The translations under genes and the position numbers were made by a program. This document shows positions 26,775-34,642 of a stretch of DNA of 64,000 nucleotides, in pieces; within the stretch, counting starts at the first letter, position 1; every line of letters starts with the position of its first letter. The stretch covers positions 2,684 to 66,683 of the forward strand of contig JAABSE010000007.1 in assembly GCA_011390575.1 (NCBI GenBank), read 5' to 3'. The stretch comes from Sphingobacteriia bacterium. GTDB taxonomy: Bacteria > Bacteroidota > Bacteroidia > Bacteroidales > UBA7960. The notes beneath the pieces were generated by a model. That model was given only the letters and a program-made list of their open reading frames with translations. It did no database searches and was not told the DNA's origin.

Positions 26775-27770
26775 ATGATAAAAATGATGTATGTTTTATT
26801 GCCCGTGATTTTATTGTTGGCGGGTTGTGGCAGCGATAGTGTGGATAATAACGATGAAGCACAGGATGAAAACCCATCCGCAACGGCTCCTGTGATACCT
26901 GTATTTAATGCTGATTCCGCTTATTATTTTGTAGAACAACAAGTGGCTTTTGGTCCACGTGTTCCTAATACAGATGCCCACATAGCTTGTGGTGACTGGC
27001 TGGAAGAAAATCTGAAAAGTTTTGCGGACACTGTGTATGTTCAGAATACAAGGTTACGGGCATTTGATGGAACTGTATTAAATGCGCGAAACTTTATTGG
27101 CAGTTTTCAGCCGGAAAAGAGAAACAGGATATTGCTTTGTGCCCATTGGGATTCACGACCCTGGGCCGATCATGATTCTGATCCCGATAATCATTACCAG
27201 CCTATTGATGGTGCCAACGATGGCGCCAGTGGTGTGGGGGTGCTGTTAGAAGTTGCACGCTTGCTGAGCCAATCTAAACCCGATGTAGGAGTAGATATTA
27301 TATTCTTTGATGCAGAAGATTATGGAAAACACAGGCTGATTAATGCACCTGATCCGGACAGCTGGGCATTGGGAAGTCAGTTTTGGGCCAGCAATCCCCA
27401 TAAATCTGATTACTTTGCTCGGTTCGGGATTTTACTGGATATGGTGGGGGCAGAAAATGCGTCCTTCTCCCATGAAGGATATTCCATGATGTATGCGCCC
27501 AATATTGTCAGAAAAGTATGGAGTATAGCCCGGCGGGAAGGATTTGGACATTTTTTTATCGACCGCAAAGGTGGGTATATAATAGATGATCACTATTACG
27601 TTAACAAAATACGCAACATACCTGTTATCAATATTATTGATCAACGAGAGAATACTCCTCACGGTTTTTTCGATTACTGGCACACGGTAGATGATACCAT
27701 GGATAACATTGATAAAAGCACACTGCATGCCGTAGGCCAAACTGTACTATCGGTTGTGTATCGCGAATAA
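26775..27770 (+). CDS. Glutaminyl-peptide cyclotransferase (M28-fold, type II QC) lipoprotein
   Basis: 331 aa with lipobox LLAGC. M28/QC blocks are present: LLCAHWDSRPWAD, DGANDGASGVGVLLEVAR, IIFFDAEDYG and LLDMVG. The size and layout match Bacteroidota QCs as I recall them. Confidence 0.7.
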   Translation: MIKMMYVLLPVILLLAGCGSDSVDNNDEAQDENPSATAPVIPVFNADSAYYFVEQQVAFGPRVPNTDAHIACGDWLEENLKSFADTVYVQNTRLRAFDGTVLNARNFIGSFQPEKRNRILLCAHWDSRPWADHDSDPDNHYQPIDGANDGASGVGVLLEVARLLSQSKPDVGVDIIFFDAEDYGKHRLINAPDPDSWALGSQFWASNPHKSDYFARFGILLDMVGAENASFSHEGYSMMYAPNIVRKVWSIARREGFGHFFIDRKGGYIIDDHYYVNKIRNIPVINIIDQRENTPHGFFDYWHTVDDTMDNIDKSTLHAVGQTVLSVVYRE

Positions 27771-27875
27771 GGTTCTGATTTCTCAGCTGGAGAGATGACC
27801 TGCAGTTTAATCTCCACCCGCTGGCAAACCTTGCGATACCGGACAAGTATTTGGGTTGTTTATAACCTCCGCCGT

Positions 27876-29267
27876 TTACAGGCTGTTGGCCAGGTTGGCC
27901 AGCTCCGACCTTTCTCCTTTCTCTAACCTTATATGGGCATAAATTTTATTTCCTTTCACCCTGTCGATAAGATAGGATAGTCCGTTGCTCTGAGAGTCAA
28001 GGTATGGAGTGTCGATTTGGAAAATATCGCCGGTAAAAATCATTTTGGTATTCTCCCCCGCGCGGGTAATAATGGTTTTCACTTCGTGGGGGGTAAGGTT
28101 TTGAGCCTCATCTATAATAAAGATGATGTTGGATAAGCTCCTCCCTCTTATATAGGCAAGCGGAGCCACAACAATTTGTTCTTTCTCAAGTGCTTCGGTA
28201 ATATTTTTGTGCTCCTTGTCTTTTTCCCGGTATTGCGAATGGATGAACTTCAGATTATCGTAAAGGGGTTCCATGTAAGGGCTGATTTTTGAATTTACAT
28301 CCCCGGGAAGGAATCCGATGTCACGGTTGGATAAAGGTATAATGGGTCTGGCCACAAACAGTTGCTCATAATTATTGCGTTGCTCCAGCGCACCGGCCAG
28401 GGCAAGCAGGGTTTTGCCTGTTCCTGCCACGCCCTGAAGGGTTACCAGCTTGATGTCGGGATTAAGGATGGCATCAAGGGCAAAAACCTGTTCTGCATTG
28501 CGGGGGGTGATTTTTTGAATGGTTCGTTTGTCAACTCTTTCCAGCAGATTGGTATTCGGGTTGTAGCAGGCCAATACCGAGCTGGTGTCGCTTTTAATAA
28601 TAAAGTAATGGTAAGGGACAGGGTTTTTCAGACCTGCCAGTGAGGGTTTGGCACTTCCTTTTTCATAGAGTTGTTCAATAACTGTATTGTCTTTGAGGAT
28701 TAATTCGCTTTTCCCGGTATATAGTTCATCAACATTTTTTACTTTCCCGGTTTCAAAATCCTCCGCGGCAATATTCAGCGATTTGGCTTTGAGACGCAAG
28801 TTGATGTCTTTGGTCACAAGCACTATCCTGCGCTCAGGATTTTCTCTGGCAAGAAAAAGTGCTGAGTTGAGGATGCGGTGATCCGGTTTATCTTCACCAA
28901 AAACCTGCGTTGCATCCAGTCCGTTGGGTTTATTCATCACCACCTTGATTCTACCTCCTTTGGGATTTCCAATGGGTACCCATTCCTGCAAAGGAGTTGT
29001 CCTGGAAAGTTTGTCGAGCTGGCGTGTAAACTCCCTGGCCTCAAAATTTTTGATATCGTTTCCTTTTTTAAACTGATCAAGCTCTTCCAGCACGGTAATG
29101 GGCACAGCAACATCGTTGTCCTCAAAACTCATGATGGCATCATGATTATACAGTATCACTGAGGTGTCAATGACGAAGATCTTTGCTTCTCCTTGTTTTT
29201 TGGTGATTTTGGAGGTCGTACTTTTGGCCCTGGGGGTACTCTTTTTTGCTGTTTTTGCTTTTTCCAT
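27876..29267 (-). CDS. PIN-domain PhoH-like ATPase (YlaK-type)
   Basis: 463 aa. It has an N-terminal PIN domain (FVIDTSVIL...VPITVLEELD), Walker A (GVAGTGKT) and a PhoH C-terminal block (IIFIIDEAQNLTPHEVKTIITRAGE). Confidence 0.9.
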   Translation of the reverse strand: MEKAKTAKKSTPRAKSTTSKITKKQGEAKIFVIDTSVILYNHDAIMSFEDNDVAVPITVLEELDQFKKGNDIKNFEAREFTRQLDKLSRTTPLQEWVPIGNPKGGRIKVVMNKPNGLDATQVFGEDKPDHRILNSALFLARENPERRIVLVTKDINLRLKAKSLNIAAEDFETGKVKNVDELYTGKSELILKDNTVIEQLYEKGSAKPSLAGLKNPVPYHYFIIKSDTSSVLACYNPNTNLLERVDKRTIQKITPRNAEQVFALDAILNPDIKLVTLQGVAGTGKTLLALAGALEQRNNYEQLFVARPIIPLSNRDIGFLPGDVNSKISPYMEPLYDNLKFIHSQYREKDKEHKNITEALEKEQIVVAPLAYIRGRSLSNIIFIIDEAQNLTPHEVKTIITRAGENTKMIFTGDIFQIDTPYLDSQSNGLSYLIDRVKGNKIYAHIRLEKGERSELANLANSL

Positions 29268-29600
29268 AAAATATGGCTTATTTTATAACGTTTAATGGAT
29301 GTAAGCTTGCTATTTTCATTCCATCATAAAAAAAACATTGCTCTAAAGTTATGGAAGAAAAGAGGAGCATCTTGGCCGGGGCAACAATTCTTTTTAACCA
29401 TTTGCTGTTAATATCGCTGTAATCGTCAGTTTATCAGGCTTCAGCAGAAGACAATTAATTTCAGCAGAAGCTTCAGAAACGTTGAAAAAACAATTAAGGG
29501 GGCGAAAGGTAAAAATTCAGTGTTTATTAGTTATGTTTCAATTTTTTTGTATTTTAGCAGCCTGAAAAACGTATCCTATTTGAGGCACAATATAAACAAA

Positions 29601-29688
29601 GGAGAGATGGCCGAGTGGTCGAAGGCGCACGCCTGGAAAGTGTGTATACCTCACAAGGGTATCGAGGGTTCGAATCCCTCTCTCTCCG
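29601..29688 (+). tRNA. tRNA-Ser (anticodon GGA), class II with a long variable arm
   Basis: The cloverleaf was folded by hand. Acceptor stem GGAGAGA/TCTCTCC, D stem GCC/GGC, anticodon stem CACGC/GTGTG with loop CTGGAAA. The variable arm is ATACC-TCACAA-GGTAT, the T arm GAGGG-TTCGAAT-CCCTC, and the discriminator is G. Confidence 0.95.
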
Positions 29689-29764
29689 CAAGATTTCTAA
29701 TTTTTAATCATTTCAATCTATAATAATTAACTTTACAGTCAAAACAAAACCAATTGAATCTACT

Positions 29765-30580
29765 ATGAAAAAATTATTTGTCTTTTTGACCATAGCAGGA
29801 ATGCTGACTTTCGGCCTAAATTCAACCGTGTATGCGCAAGAAGAGCAGGCACCTGAAACAGAAGTTGCTGATACTACTGAAACAGAAGAAGAGGTTTCAC
29901 CTGCTGAGACAGCCGTCATGGCTGAAGAAACTGATGAGGAAGCGGAAGACCAAAACTTCCACTACGTACTGAAAGAGCGTTTTATTGAAGGTGATGCCAG
30001 ATTTATGGGTATCGTTCTTTTGACGCTGATTCTTGGTCTTGCATTGTGTATTGAAAGGATCATTTACCTGAACCTTGCCAGTACCAATACTACCAAACTA
30101 CTTAATAAGGTAGAAGATGCCATTCAAAGTGGTGGTGTAGATGCTGCCAAGGACCTTTGCAAAAACACACGTGGCCCTGTTGCAAGCATTTTCTACCAGG
30201 CACTCGATCGCTACAATGAAGGTATGGAAGTGGTTGAAAAATCAGTTGTTTCCTACGGCAGTGTTCAAATGGGAAAACTTGAAATGAACCTTACATGGAT
30301 TTCACTCTTTATCGCCATTGCTCCTATGCTTGGATTTATGGGTACGGTAATCGGTATGATCTCTGCTTTTGATGCGATTGCACAAGCCGGTGATATTTCT
30401 CCTACCATTGTTGCCGACGGTATTAAGGTGGCTCTTTTGACTACAGTATTTGGTCTTATCGTTGCTGTTATCCTTCAGATTTTCTACAACTACATTGTAT
30501 CTAAAATCGACTCTATTGTTAACGGCATGGAAGATGCTACCATCTCTTTCATGGATATTCTTATCAAGTATAATAAATAA
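29765..30580 (+). CDS. exbB: MotA/TolQ/ExbB-family proton channel
   Basis: 271 aa. The signal peptide ends VYA|QEEQ, followed by an acidic linker and three TM helices with the conserved block APMLGFMGTVIGMISAF. Confidence 0.9.
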   Translation: MKKLFVFLTIAGMLTFGLNSTVYAQEEQAPETEVADTTETEEEVSPAETAVMAEETDEEAEDQNFHYVLKERFIEGDARFMGIVLLTLILGLALCIERIIYLNLASTNTTKLLNKVEDAIQSGGVDAAKDLCKNTRGPVASIFYQALDRYNEGMEVVEKSVVSYGSVQMGKLEMNLTWISLFIAIAPMLGFMGTVIGMISAFDAIAQAGDISPTIVADGIKVALLTTVFGLIVAVILQIFYNYIVSKIDSIVNGMEDATISFMDILIKYNK

Positions 30581-30591
30581 AAAACTGTACT

Positions 30592-30921
30592 ATGAGTGAC
30601 TCTTTGATAAATATTGGCCTCGTGGCGGCTTATGTCCTTTTGGGCCTGTCAGCCCTGGGGGTCATCTTGTTCTCAATATATCAACTAATTGTAAACTTTA
30701 AAAAAGCTAAAGGTGCTCTTATTGGTATTATTGCTCTGGTAGCAGTGTTTCTTGTCGGTTATGCGATGGCAACCTCAGAGCTTTACCTTGATGTAGCGAT
30801 TCCTGTTTCTTCTGAAACCGTTTCAAGGATTATTGGTGGCGGAATTCATGCAACATTCCTGTTCATAGGTCTGGCCATCATCGCTACTGTTTATACAGAA
30901 GTATCTAAATTATTCAGATAA
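30592..30921 (+). CDS. Small integral membrane protein (three predicted TM helices), function unknown
   Basis: 109-aa ORF, 11 nt after exbB and 22 nt before exbD. Its hydrophobic segments are consistent with a membrane protein. I recognise no family. Confidence 0.5.
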   Translation: MSDSLINIGLVAAYVLLGLSALGVILFSIYQLIVNFKKAKGALIGIIALVAVFLVGYAMATSELYLDVAIPVSSETVSRIIGGGIHATFLFIGLAIIATVYTEVSKLFR

Positions 30922-30943
30922 TAAAAAATTAGGAGAACTCTCT

Positions 30944-31519
30944 ATGGCAAGAATGAACCCAGAAATCAATGCCGGTTCTATGGCAGACATTGCCTTTCTT
31001 TTGCTGGTTTTCTTCCTTGTAACTACTACAATGGATGTTGACACCGGAATCAGAAGGCTGTTGCCTCCTCCCATCGACCCCAATCAACCCCCACCACCTC
31101 CGGTACGTGAGCGTAACGTGTTTGTGGTACTGGTTGATCAAAACGACAGGTTGCTGGTGGAGGGAGAACTTAGTACTGTTCGCAATTTGCGCGAACAGAC
31201 CAGAAACTGGCTCCTGAATCCTGAAAATGATCCCACCAAGCCTGTGAGAGAGATGCGTGATATCGATAACCTTGGCGAAGTAGAAGTTTCAAGGGGAGTT
31301 ATTTCCCTGCAAAACGACAGAGGTACTTCGTACGAAATGTATATTGCAGTTCAAAATGAACTGGCTGCAGCTATCAACGATATACGCAACGAACTGTCCC
31401 AGGAGAAATTCGGGATAAGATTCGAACAACTCACAGATCAGGATCTTGTAACTGCTATCAGGACTGCGGTCCCCATGGCAATTTCAGAAGCAGAACCAAA
31501 AGATATAGGAGGTGAATAA
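30944..31519 (+). CDS. exbD: ExbD/TolR-family biopolymer transport protein (long form)
   Basis: 191 aa. It has an N-terminal ExbD TM block (MADIAFLLLVFFLVTTTM) and a proline-rich linker (LLPPPIDPNQPPPPPV). Confidence 0.85.
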   Translation: MARMNPEINAGSMADIAFLLLVFFLVTTTMDVDTGIRRLLPPPIDPNQPPPPPVRERNVFVVLVDQNDRLLVEGELSTVRNLREQTRNWLLNPENDPTKPVREMRDIDNLGEVEVSRGVISLQNDRGTSYEMYIAVQNELAAAINDIRNELSQEKFGIRFEQLTDQDLVTAIRTAVPMAISEAEPKDIGGE

Positions 31520-31998
31520 TGTTAATTAAAGGAAGATTTAAAAAAGATTCGGCCCCTGCGTCGCAAAAAATCAATACGGCTTCTTTGCCCGATATTATTT
31601 TTATGCTCCTCTTCTTCTTCATGGTAACTACTACAATGCGCGAAACAACGCTTTTTGTAAGAAATACCCTGCCCCCTGCAACCGAGATTCAAAAACTCGA
31701 ACGCAAATCATTGGTCAGCTTTATTTATATTGGTACTCCCCTTCAAACCAATGTTTTTGGGACAGAACCACGAATTCAGCTCAATGATACCTTTGCCAGT
31801 CTCAAGGAAATTGCGTCATTCGTTGAATCTGAAAGACAGGCCAGGCCCGAAAACGAAAGACCGATCATGATTTTCTCTATGAAAGTTGATCGCGAAACTA
31901 AAATGGGTATCGTTACCGATGTGAAACAGGAACTCAGACTTGTAAATGCCCTTAACATCAATTACTCTACCACCAGAGGTGAAGTGAGAGGGATGTAA
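31519..31998 (+). CDS. exbD: ExbD/TolR-family biopolymer transport protein
   Basis: 159 aa with TM block LPDIIFMLLFFFMVTTTM. Its start overlaps the preceding stop (TAATG). Confidence 0.85.
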   Translation: MLIKGRFKKDSAPASQKINTASLPDIIFMLLFFFMVTTTMRETTLFVRNTLPPATEIQKLERKSLVSFIYIGTPLQTNVFGTEPRIQLNDTFASLKEIASFVESERQARPENERPIMIFSMKVDRETKMGIVTDVKQELRLVNALNINYSTTRGEVRGM

Positions 31999-32027
31999 GC
32001 TTTTACTTATACTGATACTAAGCTATA

Positions 32028-32054
32028 GCCCGGCACAAACTGCCGGGCTTTTTT
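32028..32054 (+). terminator. Rho-independent terminator after the exbB-exbD-exbD cluster
   Basis: GCCCGGCA (32028-32035), loop CAAAC, TGCCGGGC (32041-32048), then TTTTTT. Confidence 0.8.
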
Positions 32055-32172
32055 GTGTAAAATAAATAAACCTCATCGCGCCAATTATTCTTGTTATTAT
32101 GGTGTTGGTTTTGAAAGGGTTTTATAATTTTGCAACAATAACTTGTTTTCTTCCAAATCAGAACCTTTTCTA

Positions 32173-33921
32173 ATGAAGCGCCTTTCTCTTGATCTATTGT
32201 TTGTTACCATTGCCGCACTCTTATTCTCTGTTTTTCTTCTCGCCTCACCCGTTGTGAAGGGGCAAAATACTCCTTCTGTTAGTCTGCAGGATGGCGAACT
32301 TGTAGGGCAGGGACCCTATAGTGAGGGAGAGAAACACGGATTCTGGCAATACCATAACCATGATAACCAATTACAAAAACAGGGTCATTACGACATGGGT
32401 AAAATGGTGGGCAAATGGGAGTATTTCGTAGATGATGAAGTAAAAGCCTATGAGGTAGATTATGACAATGATATCTTTACAGGATTCTATCCTGATGGCA
32501 TTGTAAGTCACCAGGGAGGATGGAGCAGAAACGGTAAAACCGGGGAATGGACCTATTTTTATGAAAATGGAAATAAAAAGGAAGTAGGTGTATACGACGA
32601 GGACGAAAGGGTAGGATTGTGGTTGTTTTATTTTGAGTCAGGCTCTCGCGAAGAATCCCTGAATTACGATACCCATGAATACAAAGCCTGGTATCCCAAC
32701 GGCAATCTAAGGGAAGAAGGAAAGAAAACCGATGGATTGAAAAACGGAGAGTACGCGTATTATTATATGACAGGCCAGCTCTGGTCGGAGGGAGTATATG
32801 AAAATGATGAAAAACAAGGTTTGTGGAAGTTTTGGTATGAAGATGGTGAAAGATGGGCTGAGCTTGAGCATGATACTGGCACCAGCCGTACCTGGTTTCC
32901 TGATGGGCAGATAGAAATGCAGGGGGGCATAAAAGAGGGTATGAAAGATGGGAAATGGGAGTTTTTCTATGAAGATGGTTCACCCAAAGAAATAACCTTT
33001 TTTCAACGCGATTTGCGCCATGGTTCATCTGAAAAATATTTTGAGGAGGGTGTAAAAGAGTTTGAAGGCGGCTATATTGAAAACGATCTGGACGGGTATG
33101 CACGCTATTGGTTTGAAAACGGAGAAAAGGAAATGGAAGGTAAATTCATTGAAAATCTTCGCGACAGTACCTGGATCTTTTATTTTGAAAATGGCCAGAT
33201 AGCCAGTAAAGGAGATTTTGAGCAAGGAGTTCAGCATGGTGCCTGGACTTATTTTTACCTCACCGGGGAAAAATTGCGGCAGGGTTCCTTTGATAACGGG
33301 AAGAGAGAAGGAATGTGGACCGTCTGGTTTGAATCGGGCAGCAAAAGTCATGAAGGGCCATTTGTCAATGACAAGGAACATGGAATATGGACAAGCTGGT
33401 ATGAAAACGGAAACATGCGGGATCGTGGCAGGTTTGATCAGGCCCGGATGGACAGTGTATGGGAAGGATGGCACGAAAACGGACGTAAACGCTACGAAGT
33501 TGGCTATCGTATTATCCCCGACTCACTGGTAAGTATTCGTCACGGTAAATCAACCCACTGGCTGGAGGATGGCAACCGCAACCGGGAGGCTCATTACCAG
33601 GATGGTTTGCTGCATGGCCCTATGAAGCAATGGTATGCCAACGGACAGTTGATGGAGGAAGGAAATTATGAGAACAATATGAAACAAGGGCTTTGGTATT
33701 TCTATGATGAAAGAGGAAGGAAAATCCGGGAACAATATTTCCGGGATAACCGTATGCATGGCAACTTTGTTTCGTTCTACGAAAATGGCAGAAAGAAAGA
33801 AGAGGGGATTTATGAAGAAGGAGTTAAAGAAGGAAACTGGGTGATTTACGATGAACAAGGTAACCGGATTCGGCGCCTTACCTTTCAGAAGGGCAGAATT
33901 ACTGAAATGAAGGAGGACTGA
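32173..33921 (+). CDS. MORN-repeat-variant (YwqK-like) repeat protein with an N-terminal signal/anchor
   Basis: The track ORF starts at a TTG at 32143. The ATG at 32173 (MKRLSLDLLFVTIAALLF...) is more plausible. There are more than 20 tandem repeats of the G.W..(Y/F)(Y/F)E(N/D)G type. Confidence 0.8.
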   Translation: MKRLSLDLLFVTIAALLFSVFLLASPVVKGQNTPSVSLQDGELVGQGPYSEGEKHGFWQYHNHDNQLQKQGHYDMGKMVGKWEYFVDDEVKAYEVDYDNDIFTGFYPDGIVSHQGGWSRNGKTGEWTYFYENGNKKEVGVYDEDERVGLWLFYFESGSREESLNYDTHEYKAWYPNGNLREEGKKTDGLKNGEYAYYYMTGQLWSEGVYENDEKQGLWKFWYEDGERWAELEHDTGTSRTWFPDGQIEMQGGIKEGMKDGKWEFFYEDGSPKEITFFQRDLRHGSSEKYFEEGVKEFEGGYIENDLDGYARYWFENGEKEMEGKFIENLRDSTWIFYFENGQIASKGDFEQGVQHGAWTYFYLTGEKLRQGSFDNGKREGMWTVWFESGSKSHEGPFVNDKEHGIWTSWYENGNMRDRGRFDQARMDSVWEGWHENGRKRYEVGYRIIPDSLVSIRHGKSTHWLEDGNRNREAHYQDGLLHGPMKQWYANGQLMEEGNYENNMKQGLWYFYDERGRKIREQYFRDNRMHGNFVSFYENGRKKEEGIYEEGVKEGNWVIYDEQGNRIRRLTFQKGRITEMKED

Positions 33922-34066
33922 TTTTTACAAATAGTTTTCTTGTGTTGGGTATAAACAAATCGGATCATTTAAGTGTTAGGGTTGTGTTCTGTATGCAGAT
34001 AAAATGCATGAGAATACTGGCAAAATAAGCCATTGTAGAATTAATAACCTTAAAAAACAGACGACC

Positions 34067-34495
34067 ATGAGTAAACATCATGCCAATGCATATTGGGAAG
34101 GAAATCTCCCCAAAGGAAACGGGAAATATACCCTTAAAACGAGTGGCTATAGCGGCTCTCTGAATTTTTCATCACGCTTTGAAGACGACAAATCGGCCTC
34201 CAGTCCTGAGGAATTGATTGGTGCTGCGCACGCATCCTGCTTTTCAATGGCTTTGTCACATGCACTGGACCAGGGAGGTTTTACTCCCCATAAGGTTGAA
34301 ACGGAAGCAGAAGTTACACTTGGTAAAGTGGATGGAGGGTTTGCTATTACGGGTATATTACTCAAAACCAGGGTGAAGGTAAGTGAGATAGCAGATGACA
34401 AGTTTAAAGAAATCACCCATGCAGCCAAAGAAAACTGTCCTGTTTCAAAAGCCCTTGCAGGGGTGAAAATTGAGCTGGAGGCAGAAAAATTATAA
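34067..34495 (+). CDS. osmC: OsmC-family peroxiredoxin
   Basis: 142 aa from the internal Met (MSKHHANAYWEGNL...). It is near-colinear with E. coli OsmC as I recall it (PEELIGAAHASCFSMALS, KENCPVSKAL). Confidence 0.9.
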   Translation: MSKHHANAYWEGNLPKGNGKYTLKTSGYSGSLNFSSRFEDDKSASSPEELIGAAHASCFSMALSHALDQGGFTPHKVETEAEVTLGKVDGGFAITGILLKTRVKVSEIADDKFKEITHAAKENCPVSKALAGVKIELEAEKL

Positions 34496-34528
34496 TTCGG
34501 GGAGTAAAGCCCTTATCTTATTGTTGAG

Positions 34529-34564
34529 CAAGCTGTTGAGAATTGGTTCTCAGCAGCTTGTTTT
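34529..34564. terminator. Terminator hairpin between the convergent osmC and ABC permease genes
   Basis: A 14-bp stem, CAAGCTGTTGAGAA / TTCTCAGCAGCTTG, with one G-U pair and a 4-nt loop (TTGG), followed by TTTT on the plus strand. Confidence 0.7.
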
Positions 34565-34642
34565 GCATTATCACCCCCTCTTCTGATTTCCATACAATCT
34601 TTCCATTCCCATGAATCGATACCACCGGGAGCCCCCCACTTT

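Noticed and set aside
29601-29764. tRNA-Ser considered as an integration hotspot for a mobile element
   Set aside because: There is no integrase and no duplicated tRNA 3' end downstream. The flanking genes (phoH, exbBD) are ordinary core-type genes.
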